Of a stretch of 64,000 bases of DNA, positions 37,598 to 47,255 are shown in pieces. Every line of letters begins with the position of its first letter. The stretch's first letter is position 1. The notes beneath the pieces are model-generated. The model made no database searches, was not told the DNA's origin, and saw only the letters and a list, made by a program, of their open reading frames with translations. Location: NCBI GenBank assembly GCA_036745755.1, contig DAIOFM010000001.1, positions 13,796-77,795 on the forward strand, given 5' to 3'. Source of the DNA: Spirochaetota bacterium (GTDB taxonomy: Bacteria > Spirochaetota > UBA4802 > UBA5550). A program made the translations under genes and the position numbers.

Positions 37598-38455
37598 ATG
37601 CACAGGTTTTATAAGACAACAGCCCTGATACTTCTTATTGTTTTGAATGCCCCGGCTGCCCGTCCCGGACTTTACGCCCGGAACAGTGAAGATATAACCG
37701 GAAACGGGAGCTATCCGAAATACAGGATATACCCGCAGGATGATATCCTTTTCTGCACAGGGGATGATATAGCGGGAAGGGAAAACAACAAAGCAGCTGT
37801 GCTGATGCAGGAGGGGAAATGGGACGAAGCAGCTTCGATACTTGAAAAGGCCATAATCCATGCCCCCCTTTTTTTTCCATTCCGCTATAACCTTGGAATA
37901 TGCCTGCTCTACCTTAACAGGCTTGACCTCTCGCTCATGCACTTCACAAAGGCAATTCACCTCGTTCCCGGTTATTACAGGACATACCTGCAGGTGGGAT
38001 ATATATACAACAGGTGGGGAAAAGAGAGTGAAGCTCTCAGGTACTTCAGAAAGGCCCTGAAACTAAACCCGCGGGAACTCAATACATATATCCTTATGGG
38101 AGATATTCACTTTGACCGTAAACAGCTTTCAACAGCGAGAAAATATTATGAAGCCGCCCTCTCCCTGAACCATACATTTCCCAACGGACTGCTGGGACTG
38201 GCAAAAATTCATTTCATTAATGAAGAGTATGTTAAAGCCATTGTTCTTATTAAATCTGTCGATACAAAAGAAGATTATGACAAAGCTCTCCATTATTACT
38301 ATGCGGAGTCTTCATACAAAACAGGAGATTACAAAACAGCGGCCGTTCAGTATGAAAAACTGCTGCAATATAAAAACGACCGTTTTTTTCTTATAAATTC
38401 AGCGCTCCTCATTAAGCACAAACTTGAACTCTCAAGAAGATTCGCCGAAAGATAA
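37598..38455 (+). CDS. TPR-repeat protein (secreted/periplasmic)
   Basis: Signal-like N-terminus MHRFYKTTALILLIVLNAPAA. Repeated A..YF.KAL.L.P TPR units. Tracked start trimmed. Confidence 0.78.
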   Translation: MHRFYKTTALILLIVLNAPAARPGLYARNSEDITGNGSYPKYRIYPQDDILFCTGDDIAGRENNKAAVLMQEGKWDEAASILEKAIIHAPLFFPFRYNLGICLLYLNRLDLSLMHFTKAIHLVPGYYRTYLQVGYIYNRWGKESEALRYFRKALKLNPRELNTYILMGDIHFDRKQLSTARKYYEAALSLNHTFPNGLLGLAKIHFINEEYVKAIVLIKSVDTKEDYDKALHYYYAESSYKTGDYKTAAVQYEKLLQYKNDRFFLINSALLIKHKLELSRRFAER

Positions 38456-38456
38456 A

Positions 38457-41400
38457 CTACTTTATCTGAAGCTTGGAGACCTCTACCCTGTAAAAATTAT
38501 AAACATTATTAAGCATCTGCCTGACGTTTCTGTTAAGTTCCCTGTCCGTGGAACGCCTGTTCATGTAAATTTCAATTTCATCAAGCATGCCCTTCATCTT
38601 TATACCGACATTCTCCAGTTCTCCCGCAATAGCTATAGAGGTGGTCGACCTGTTGCCCGTACTGAGCATCTTTACCTGCGCATCGATCTGGGCCTTCAGC
38701 TCCTTTTGGTTTGCAATCCCCTCCTCCTTTACCCTCAGCATCTCAAAGACAATATCATTAAAATTCACAGGTGAAACCAGTTCATGGTGAAGCCTGTCCG
38801 AGAGTTTATTTGAATAAAGAAGTTCAGGAATCGGTGTAGTATAATATTTCTCCCTCAGGATCTCCTCGCTTTTTGAATCGAGAATAATGCAGTTAGCAAG
38901 AGGCATTGTGAGATTACAGTTAACACTCAATTTTAAAGGCTCAATAATTTCATCCCCTTTCACAGAAAAATTATCTGTCATAATATTGATACGAATAGAC
39001 AACCGCCTGTCAAAGGTTACTGAACTGTTATACAATACTATATTTTTCAAAACAGAGTAACCGGCTTTAACGGCACTTTCTGTTTCATCAAAAAGCGCAG
39101 CCACATAACTGCTGTCCTTGTGGGATATAATACCGGAAAAACCTGTTATTGAAGGAAGTATCAGAGAATCAACATTCAGATAAAGCTCTATCATCTGAAA
39201 AAAATTCATTCCTGATGAAATTTTTTCAAAATTCTCAATAGTAACCAGAAGCACACTGCAGTCCCTCTTTTCAGGGCCGCTCTTCGGCCCCTCCTTCTGC
39301 TGGGCCGGACTTCCCTGGGGCAGCTCAAACTTGCGGAACATATTAACGATAAAGGTTTCCAGCTCTTTCAGGTCTTCCTGAGGGAGTTTTTCAAGAACAT
39401 TGGTAATGTCCATGCTGATCCCGAACTCCTCCCTTAGAAGAGAGACAAGAAAAAAATAAAAATCAGGGGTCCGTATATCCCTCAGAATAGAAAGTATCTC
39501 ACGCTGAATGCCCTTATTTTTGATTATAAGCATCTCCCTGATAGATCTGAAGGCGTCCTTGTTTCCCAGTCTGATAAGAATCATGCACGAAAAAATCCTT
39601 ACCCTTATACCGGGATCTTTAAGATACTCCTGTACCATCCTCCCCAGGCTCTGCTTGTTATAATCGGTCCTGAAGGCCATTACTGAAGCTATCGATTTAA
39701 CAATACTCTCCTTGACGCTCTGCTCAGTAAATTTTTTAAAAAGAGAATTGAGATATTCAATATCCTCTGTAAAGGCACAATGCCCTATACCTGTAATGGC
39801 GATCTGTTTTATCTTTAAATCAGGATTACTTTCTATTAATTCCTTAAAAATGCTCACTGCATTAATATTTGATTTAATATCCTGCATCGCAAGTATCGAG
39901 GCAATCCCGTATGTAATATTGCTGTCTGAAACAACATTATTTTTAAGGTACTCCACCAGGATATTGATCAGCCTCTTTTCAGTAAAAAGAGGCAGCAGCC
40001 TTACGGCAAGCTCCTGCTCTTCAGGGCTTCCCGCTGTCAGCATTATTTCAACTTCACTGAGCATGTAGGAGTAGTTCATACGGCACAGGGCATTTACCGC
40101 TGCTTCAAAAATTTCCCTGTCAGGGTATTTTTTCAGATAATTATAGATGAAGACAAGGGATTTTGCCGCGCCCTCTATTTTAAGAGAGCTGATTATATTG
40201 CACAGCCTGACTATCCTTGACTGCAGGTACCTCTTCTCAAAATTAACCGAATCTATTCTGGAAGCGCTGTTCTCCAGTGAAACCCTGTCCTCGTCAAGCA
40301 TCAGGTCAAGAAGCTGGGACACTGCCTCCTTCTCATTGTCCCGCACAAACATTACCCAGTCTGAGATTATTGATATCATATCCCTGACACGATTTTTTCC
40401 CTCGTCATTAAAAGAGGTTACCAGCCTTCTTTTATGTTCAGGGTCAAGATTTTTCAGAACATACTGTCTAACCAGCCTGAAACTTTCAGAAAACGATTTT
40501 TCAACAACATCGGGAATCATAAATTCACGCCTGTATGTCTCAAAAAAATTCTCAAGAGTCGATGCTATATTTCCATACTGTTTGTCCCTGAAAAGTATAT
40601 CTGTTCTTGAAACAGACCTCTCCGTGAAATACCTGGTGAAGATATCAACAATAAGTTCATTATATCTCTCGCTTTCAACACTCATTGAAATCAGGCTTCT
40701 GAATATTTTCTCAGGATTTCTGAGAGACGTAATGTTGCTGTATAGTGAATAAAGGGTCTGCTTCACCAGTTCCAGGTCCCTGGATTCAAGGGCCTTCATT
40801 ACATATATCACGGCCTCCCTGTGATTACATGAAAGCATTGCATTAAGGTACGCTATTTTTACATATACCGGATAATCATCATACCTTGATGTGACTTTCC
40901 CGAGAAGGACCTTGATCTGGAGAAGGAGTTCATCTTCCGGAGTCAGGTTCTTAGGGGGAGTCCATTCGGATGATGAATAATCATCATCCTCTTCAACTGA
41001 CTGGCTTAATGAAAGGTTTAAGTTATAAATAGAGAGAAAAACATGGTATGAAATGCGATCGTCATTTCTCTTAAGAAGATCCTCAAAAACAGCAGTATTA
41101 TTAAAAACCGATATAGTATTTATTGCCCCGGCAAGAAGAAACTCCGGAGTGATCTGATCATTTATTAAAGAATTCAGGTATTCCAGAAGAGAACTACTCC
41201 CTGCACCGGCTTTTTTCAGGGTATTAAATGCCCTTGTTATGAGATATTCCTTCTGCCTTTCACTTCTGTTCTTTTCAATCAGATTGATTACAGGAGCCAG
41301 AACCTTTTCATCCCTGATTCCTGAAAGATAATTTAAAATAATTATATTCTCTTCATCCGGCAGATCTTTCTCCAGAAGCTGAATAAAAATATCTGTCAGG

Positions 41401-41609
41401 GAAGGGTCATCGAATCCGGACAGGACATTTAATGCACTGAAACGAAGATCCTCTCCTTTTTCAAATTCCCTAAGAAGAATATCCCTCCCCTGCTCAGATT
41501 TCACAAGTGCAAGAATTCTATGAAAAGCCTTACGTTCATAGGGTTCCAGCCTGAAATTTCTGCTTATTTCAAGTTTTATAGACTGAAGAAAATTTTTCTC
41601 ATCGCTCAA
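38457..41609 (-). CDS. Large HEAT/ARM-like repeat protein with degenerate cyclase-homology-like C-terminal domain
   Basis: 1050 aa, all-helical repeat character. C-terminal segment (nt about 38850-39260) aligns by eye to the class III nucleotidyl cyclase fold with catalytic residues replaced. TTG start. Confidence 0.65.
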   Translation of the reverse strand: MSDEKNFLQSIKLEISRNFRLEPYERKAFHRILALVKSEQGRDILLREFEKGEDLRFSALNVLSGFDDPSLTDIFIQLLEKDLPDEENIIILNYLSGIRDEKVLAPVINLIEKNRSERQKEYLITRAFNTLKKAGAGSSSLLEYLNSLINDQITPEFLLAGAINTISVFNNTAVFEDLLKRNDDRISYHVFLSIYNLNLSLSQSVEEDDDYSSSEWTPPKNLTPEDELLLQIKVLLGKVTSRYDDYPVYVKIAYLNAMLSCNHREAVIYVMKALESRDLELVKQTLYSLYSNITSLRNPEKIFRSLISMSVESERYNELIVDIFTRYFTERSVSRTDILFRDKQYGNIASTLENFFETYRREFMIPDVVEKSFSESFRLVRQYVLKNLDPEHKRRLVTSFNDEGKNRVRDMISIISDWVMFVRDNEKEAVSQLLDLMLDEDRVSLENSASRIDSVNFEKRYLQSRIVRLCNIISSLKIEGAAKSLVFIYNYLKKYPDREIFEAAVNALCRMNYSYMLSEVEIMLTAGSPEEQELAVRLLPLFTEKRLINILVEYLKNNVVSDSNITYGIASILAMQDIKSNINAVSIFKELIESNPDLKIKQIAITGIGHCAFTEDIEYLNSLFKKFTEQSVKESIVKSIASVMAFRTDYNKQSLGRMVQEYLKDPGIRVRIFSCMILIRLGNKDAFRSIREMLIIKNKGIQREILSILRDIRTPDFYFFLVSLLREEFGISMDITNVLEKLPQEDLKELETFIVNMFRKFELPQGSPAQQKEGPKSGPEKRDCSVLLVTIENFEKISSGMNFFQMIELYLNVDSLILPSITGFSGIISHKDSSYVAALFDETESAVKAGYSVLKNIVLYNSSVTFDRRLSIRINIMTDNFSVKGDEIIEPLKLSVNCNLTMPLANCIILDSKSEEILREKYYTTPIPELLYSNKLSDRLHHELVSPVNFNDIVFEMLRVKEEGIANQKELKAQIDAQVKMLSTGNRSTTSIAIAGELENVGIKMKGMLDEIEIYMNRRSTDRELNRNVRQMLNNVYNFYRVEVSKLQIK

Positions 41610-41838
41610 TTTTTTACACTCATTTCATATTTTAAGTAAAGAGTATACCCTTCCATGTTTTTAATCAAGCAAATATATATTAAAATATTTTTATAAACAT
41701 AACCCGGGTTTACATACAGTTTTGCACATACATATAATAAAAATAATTGACTACAGCCCTTATAAAATATTAAATTCAATATCATGTTATTATCCTGAAT
41801 CAGGATTAAATATCACACATTTTGAAAGGAGCCAAACA

Positions 41839-43083
41839 ATGAAGAAGGGTTTAATACTGGCATTATCATTTGTTCTCCTCACGGTATTCGCTTCATGCGG
41901 GGGGGGGAAAAATGTTAAGGATGAAAACTCATCCGGCAAATCATCTAAAAATATGAACAGAGGTCAGGAAACCGGTTACGCCACAATTTTTGACAATGAT
42001 ACAGCCCTTGCAAGAGACAGGGCAACGGATGACGCTAAATCCAAACTCGTAAGAAAAGTACTCGGTGAAACAGTATCCGGAACAAGTATCATGGAAAACT
42101 ATGAGCTTGTGGCCAATATTGTTGAGGCAAAATCATACGGTCTTGTTAAAAATGTTGAAATAATAAAAAAATGGCAGGAGGGGACAGAATACTTCGTAAT
42201 TATCGAAGGTACTGTTGAACCTGCTGTTGTTGAAGACGCTATTGAAGATGCTCTTGAAAGATACGGCAGACCGAAGTTCATGGTTCTGATAAGCGAAAAA
42301 TTTAACGGCAAGCAGAACATCCCCGGTTTTACAGAAACAGAAATGCTCATTCAGGAGATCATGGGCAACTCTGGCTTCCAGTTCGTTGATGCAGCAATGA
42401 CCCAGGAACTGATGAAAAGAGAGAAAAGCAAAATGAAAAAAGCGGTTTCAGGTCAGGTATCTGATGACGTTCAGGATCTTCTCCTTGATGATGCCGGCGC
42501 CGAGGTTATTATTGTAGGAACAGCTGAAACGAAAGCTCAGGGAGCTGCCACTCTTCGCAGGATGGGTGCCACAGAAATGAAATCAAGGTCAGCCATAATC
42601 AGGATCAAGGCCATTGATGTCTACACCGGCAATATCCTCGCTTCAACAAGTAAACAGGCTCCAGGCCTTCACATTGAAGATGAAACTGCTTCCAAAAAAG
42701 CCATTGAAGCCGCCCTTAAACAGGTACTTGGAAAAATTGATGATAACGGTAAATTCCAGGCTGCCGGTTTTATGAAAACCATAATCAATAAATTCGTCAA
42801 AGCAGCAAATAAAAGAGAGATTAAAGTCCTCATCGCAGGCCTTGACGCAAAGGAACTCCGCGATTTCAGAAGCCAGGTATCAAACCGGGTAAGGGGCGTA
42901 AGCCAGGTTCTGGAGAAAGGACGATCTGGAAGAGCAGCAAGACTCGAAGTCCTCTTTGCAGGCAAAACAGGTGATTTCGAAGAGGAACTCTCTGCTAAAG
43001 CATCAAACATGGGGTTCGAAATTGATGTGAAATCATCAAGGCCCAACAAACTTGAAATTGTCGCAAAAAAAATAACACAGTAG
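41839..43083 (+). CDS. Lipoprotein (LPP20/FlgT-like N-domain; uncertain)
   Basis: AAAGGAG SD. Signal peptide with lipobox FASC. Tracked upstream extension rejected. Confidence 0.7.
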   Translation: MKKGLILALSFVLLTVFASCGGGKNVKDENSSGKSSKNMNRGQETGYATIFDNDTALARDRATDDAKSKLVRKVLGETVSGTSIMENYELVANIVEAKSYGLVKNVEIIKKWQEGTEYFVIIEGTVEPAVVEDAIEDALERYGRPKFMVLISEKFNGKQNIPGFTETEMLIQEIMGNSGFQFVDAAMTQELMKREKSKMKKAVSGQVSDDVQDLLLDDAGAEVIIVGTAETKAQGAATLRRMGATEMKSRSAIIRIKAIDVYTGNILASTSKQAPGLHIEDETASKKAIEAALKQVLGKIDDNGKFQAAGFMKTIINKFVKAANKREIKVLIAGLDAKELRDFRSQVSNRVRGVSQVLEKGRSGRAARLEVLFAGKTGDFEEELSAKASNMGFEIDVKSSRPNKLEIVAKKITQ

Positions 43084-43105
43084 CAACCTGAAAGATCATA
43101 TATAT

Positions 43106-43138
43106 AAAAAAGGCGTCCCGTTATGGGGCGCCTTTTTT
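43106..43138. terminator. Bidirectional intrinsic terminator
   Basis: AAAAAGGCGTCCC-gttat-GGGGCGCCTTTTTT between convergent genes. Confidence 0.8.
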
Positions 43139-43142
43139 ATTT

Positions 43143-44273
43143 TCAGATAAAACGTCCTGTCATTTCCATCGCGGCATTGTCTATGGTGCCGTACATGCTC
43201 TTCATCCGATCTCTTAAATCTTCAAGCTGGGAAGTTTTTCTGTAATCCGCCAGAAAACGGATCTGACCCGTCCTTCTTCCCACAATAAAACACTCCTGAT
43301 CATCCTCGCTCATACTGAGGAAAGAGTCAAACGGCTTTAAAACAGCTTCCCTCTCCTCAGGAAATTTTCCGTTTGCGTCTTCAATAAGATTCATCATATG
43401 ATCACTCTGAACGAATGACGTAATCCCCTCAAGAAGTGAGATCATATATCGTATCTCCTCAACCTTCCCCTTTTCAGAAAGAGGGATCCACTCCCCGTCA
43501 TCCATCATTCTTCTTAACTCTGTACCCTGAACAGGCGTAGTTGTCCTTATCCTTATGAATGACGGATTAATGGCGTTAAGGACCCTTGCCGTATCCTCGG
43601 CATTCTCATCTGTAAGAGCTTTACCACCTATACCGGGCATAAAGTACTCTGAAAGTTCAAAGCCGGCCTCAACAACCTTCCTGCCGGAACTGATATGTTC
43701 ATCACCTGTAACACCTTTTTTTATCAGCTTAAGTACAGCATCTGAACCGGACTCCATACCTATATGAATCCTGTTAAGGCCTGCAGCCCTTATTTCTTTC
43801 ATTTCATCAGGAGTTCTGGCGACCAGTGTTTTTGATCTGCTGTAACAGGTTATCCTTTCAATAGATGGAAACTTCTCCCTTATATACTTCAGAATCTCCA
43901 CAAGATTTCCGGGTTTCATAACCATAGAATCAGCATCCTGCAGAAAAAGGCTCTTCATGCCGTAATGCATCCAGAATATCATCTGCTGAAGATAATACTG
44001 CGGAATGTTGTCTTCATTAAGAAGCAGCGACACCGTTCTTTCATCCAGCTGTCCGGTGCCATTCCGTGATATTCTTTCATAAACTTTCTCCGCTATGGCA
44101 TACATTGAATCTATATCAGCTTTTATCTCCTCAACGCTCCTGAGCGAAAACTTCTGCCCCTTATAAACAGGGCAGAAGGCGCATTTATTCCAGGGACAGT
44201 TCCGTGTAATCCTCAAGAGGATGCTGTAAGCTTCGCTGGGGGGCCTTATCGGCCCAAGTTCAAATTCATACAA
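43143..44273 (-). CDS. Radical SAM protein (CX4CX2C cluster motif)
   Basis: RNCPWNKCAFCPVY near the N-terminus (nt 44172-44198). TIM-barrel-length body. Confidence 0.8.
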   Translation of the reverse strand: MYEFELGPIRPPSEAYSILLRITRNCPWNKCAFCPVYKGQKFSLRSVEEIKADIDSMYAIAEKVYERISRNGTGQLDERTVSLLLNEDNIPQYYLQQMIFWMHYGMKSLFLQDADSMVMKPGNLVEILKYIREKFPSIERITCYSRSKTLVARTPDEMKEIRAAGLNRIHIGMESGSDAVLKLIKKGVTGDEHISSGRKVVEAGFELSEYFMPGIGGKALTDENAEDTARVLNAINPSFIRIRTTTPVQGTELRRMMDDGEWIPLSEKGKVEEIRYMISLLEGITSFVQSDHMMNLIEDANGKFPEEREAVLKPFDSFLSMSEDDQECFIVGRRTGQIRFLADYRKTSQLEDLRDRMKSMYGTIDNAAMEMTGRFI

Positions 44274-44601
44274 AAGTCATCCCTCCTCTTTTTCAGAATA
44301 AAAAATAAAACCGGAAATTATTAAGATTTTCAAGATAAGCCTTTGTTACCAGTTTTTTTTATTTTAAAATCTTAAACCTCGATCTAAAGGAAAGAATCTA
44401 TATCATTTATGAAATAGTAAAGACTTTAAAACTTCTCTTTAAAATTAATTTGACATAGCCGTATTTAAAAAAAAAGGTGATTATTAGTTCCCTGTTAATA
44501 AATTTTACCGGACATAATTATACAGAAAAAACAGGGAACAGATTACTCTTAATAAACTTTCAGATAACCGGAATACGGAATATAACTATCAGGTGAAATA
44601 A

Positions 44602-46083
44602 ATGGAAGACACAGGCAGTTTGATTAAGATCAGGATTGATAAAATCAATGAAATCAGGGAAAATTTCGGGGTAAACCCCTTCCCCTACAGATACGATGTC
44701 ACTGACTACAGCAATGGTATAATTGAAAATTTTGATTCGATTTCAGAATCGGAAAAAAAGGTTTCAGTTGCCGGTCGTATAATGGCAATGAGAATTATGG
44801 GTAAAGCCAGCTTCTGCACAATACAGGACAGGGACGGCAGGATACAGACATATATTGCAGGCGATGCTATTGGTGAGCAGTCATACAGCATTTTTAAAAA
44901 ACTCGATCTTGGCGACATTGTCGGTGTTAAAGGTATCGTAAAAAAAACAAAAAAGGGTGAGATTTCAGTATTCGCAGATGAGTTTACACTGCTGACAAAA
45001 AACATCCGCCCTCTCCCTGTTGTAAAAGAGAAAGACGGGGAAACCTTCGACCTCTTTGCGGATAAGGAGTTGAGATACAGAAACAGGCAGGTTGACCTCA
45101 TTGTAACTCCGGGTGTGAAGGAAACCTTTTTAAAGAGAATACAGATAATAAAGAACATTAAAAGAATTCTGGACAGCAGGGACTTTCTTGAGGTTGAGAC
45201 CCCTGTACTTCAGCCTGTTTACGGAGGAGCTGCAGCTTCACCCTTCACCTCTCACCACAACGCTCTTGATATAAATCTCTATCTCCGGATATCACTTGAG
45301 CCCTATCTTAAAAGGCTTATTGTGGGAGGATTTGACAGGGTATACGAAATTGGCAAGTGCTTCAGAAATGAGGGGATTGACCGCACACATAATCCTGAAT
45401 TTACGATGCTTGAACTCTATCAGGCCTACGGAGATTACAACGACATGATGGCCCTGGCAGAGGAGCTTATTGTTGACACAACTGTAAAAATAAACGGCTC
45501 AACAAAGGTAAATTTTGACGGCAAAGAGATAGACCTTTCAACGCCCTGGAAAAAGATAAAAATGACTGACGCAATAAAGGAATATTCAGGTCTTGATGTA
45601 ATGACCATGAGCGATAAGGAGTTAAAGGAAGAGGTAAAAAAACATGGCGGGGAACTTAAAGGTGATTATGTACGCGGCCTTGCCATAAATGAACTCTTTG
45701 AACTCCTCGTCGAGGACAAGCTCATCAATCCTACATTCGTTACCCATCAGCCCGTTGAGACAACACCTCTCTGTAAACCTGACATTGAAGATGAAAGGTT
45801 CCTGCAGAGATTTGAACTTTTCATAAACGGGACAGAATTTGCCAATGCCTACAGTGAATCAAACGACCCCGTTTTCCAGAGAAAGACTCTTTATGAACAG
45901 TCTCTGAGAAGAGAGGTGGATGAAGAGGCTCCGCCAATGGATGAAAATTTTGTACAGGCCATTGAAGCCGGTATGCCCCCTACAGGAGGAATGGGTATCG
46001 GTATAGACAGACTTGTAATGCTGCTTACAGGTGAAAGCTCAATAAGGGACATTCTATTATTCCCTACAATGAAGCCTGAATAA
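44602..46083 (+). CDS. lysS: Lysyl-tRNA synthetase, class II
   Basis: OB anticodon domain (VSVAGRIMAMRIMGKASF), motif 2 FRNEGID..HNPEFT, motif 3 GMGIGIDRL. Confidence 0.95.
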   Translation: MEDTGSLIKIRIDKINEIRENFGVNPFPYRYDVTDYSNGIIENFDSISESEKKVSVAGRIMAMRIMGKASFCTIQDRDGRIQTYIAGDAIGEQSYSIFKKLDLGDIVGVKGIVKKTKKGEISVFADEFTLLTKNIRPLPVVKEKDGETFDLFADKELRYRNRQVDLIVTPGVKETFLKRIQIIKNIKRILDSRDFLEVETPVLQPVYGGAAASPFTSHHNALDINLYLRISLEPYLKRLIVGGFDRVYEIGKCFRNEGIDRTHNPEFTMLELYQAYGDYNDMMALAEELIVDTTVKINGSTKVNFDGKEIDLSTPWKKIKMTDAIKEYSGLDVMTMSDKELKEEVKKHGGELKGDYVRGLAINELFELLVEDKLINPTFVTHQPVETTPLCKPDIEDERFLQRFELFINGTEFANAYSESNDPVFQRKTLYEQSLRREVDEEAPPMDENFVQAIEAGMPPTGGMGIGIDRLVMLLTGESSIRDILLFPTMKPE

Positions 46084-46111
46084 ATCAATTCAAACAAAAT
46101 ATGAATTTTAG

Positions 46112-46139
46112 AAAAAACCGGAGTTTACCTCCGGTTTTT
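46112..46139. terminator. Bidirectional intrinsic terminator (overlaps the last codons of the minus-strand gene)
   Basis: AAAAAACCGGAG-tttac-CTCCGGTTTTT. Confidence 0.7.
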
Positions 46140-47255
46140 AATTTTATCAAGACAGTGATAAAAATGCCTTTTTGTAATATCCCTTATTTTTTCAGAGGAA
46201 ATATTCTTTATCTGTCCCGGATTATTTACAAGATCCCTGTTTCCCGTATTTTCTGATACAAAAGTAATATAGTTCATTGCAGCCATTCTGTGAGGATTAA
46301 GACTGCCGTAATTAAGATAACTGAACATAACAGAAAGACCGAGATACGGATTGACATATATAGTACTGGAAAGCGAGATCTCCTCTCCCGTTATCTGATC
46401 GTAATTATTAAACCTGTTGTTCATAAATTTATGAGTCAGCTCATGAATCACGAACATTTTCCAGATTTCATCTTTAATAGACTGCCTCTCCTTAAATGCC
46501 ATATTAAGACAGTATTTAATATCGTCAGTCACTTTTGAACCGACAAAAAACATTGTTTTAATATCCTTTCCATTAATTATATTTTTCGCAATGACATAAT
46601 CATTATAGACCTCTTCAGGATTTATATAAATCATGTCATGATAGAAAGTGGAATTACTGGTTGAAAATTCATCATAATAGATATAAGGCTTTATGTAATA
46701 CATCACTTCATTTGATTCAAAAAAAGGATGTTTAATATCAATTCTTACCTTTTCTCCGTATATACAGTAATCAAGGGTAAGCCTGGCCCCCTTGTATACC
46801 CCTTCCCTGTAAAATTTTAAAACAATACTGCGCTTAACAAGGCTGTTCTCTATTACTTTCAATCGTGAATCATCGAAACCGTCCGGCTCAAGAAAGACCC
46901 TGAGTATAAGCTCCGCCTCTCTCCGCAGCCTCTGATCCTGAATTGTTAACATATAATTTTTATAAGCCTTAATACTGAAGCCTTCATATGACATCTCTTT
47001 CATGGGAATGGTCCCCTTCTGTATAAGATTTACAAAATGAGGATTCTCATTGAAAAGAAGTACAATGTAGGCATAAAATTTTCCATTAACCGTCTTAATA
47101 CTTGTCCCTCTGTACTTATATCTGTATTCCACAGGATATTCACTGCGAAATATTTCAGCTGACAGACCGGAAGATGAAAGGGAAATGATCAGGGAAAAAA
47201 ATAAAATTAGAAAAGGTTTATATAAATTCTCTGAAGATATCATATAAATTTTCAC
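46125..47255 (-). CDS. Secreted hypothetical protein with HExxH motif (putative zinc metallopeptidase)
   Basis: Signal peptide. VIHELTHKF followed about 20 aa later by …TGEE. No other family assignment. Confidence 0.55.
   Translation of the reverse strand: MKIYMISSENLYKPFLILFFSLIISLSSSGLSAEIFRSEYPVEYRYKYRGTSIKTVNGKFYAYIVLLFNENPHFVNLIQKGTIPMKEMSYEGFSIKAYKNYMLTIQDQRLRREAELILRVFLEPDGFDDSRLKVIENSLVKRSIVLKFYREGVYKGARLTLDYCIYGEKVRIDIKHPFFESNEVMYYIKPYIYYDEFSTSNSTFYHDMIYINPEEVYNDYVIAKNIINGKDIKTMFFVGSKVTDDIKYCLNMAFKERQSIKDEIWKMFVIHELTHKFMNNRFNNYDQITGEEISLSSTIYVNPYLGLSVMFSYLNYGSLNPHRMAAMNYITFVSENTGNRDLVNNPGQIKNISSEKIRDITKRHFYHCLDKIKNRR

Noticed and set aside
40147-40752. Long antisense and shadow ORFs in the track: this 201-aa + strand ORF inside the HEAT-protein gene, 60761-61219(-) inside gyrB, 7797-8120(+) inside the MCP, 42669-43049(-) inside the lipoprotein gene, and many others.
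   Set aside because: Each lies wholly inside a gene with clear motifs on the other strand. They are Ser/Leu/Ile-rich low-complexity translations typical of antisense frames and have no SD.
41722-41838. ORF-track N-terminal extensions: 41722, 37475, 33685, 25036, 25496, 16903, 8683, 49399, 47555, 14962, 24945.
   Set aside because: An internal start with a good Shine-Dalgarno and a sensible N-terminus (signal peptide, lipobox, domain boundary) exists in each case. Several extensions run through promoters, palindromes or upstream genes.
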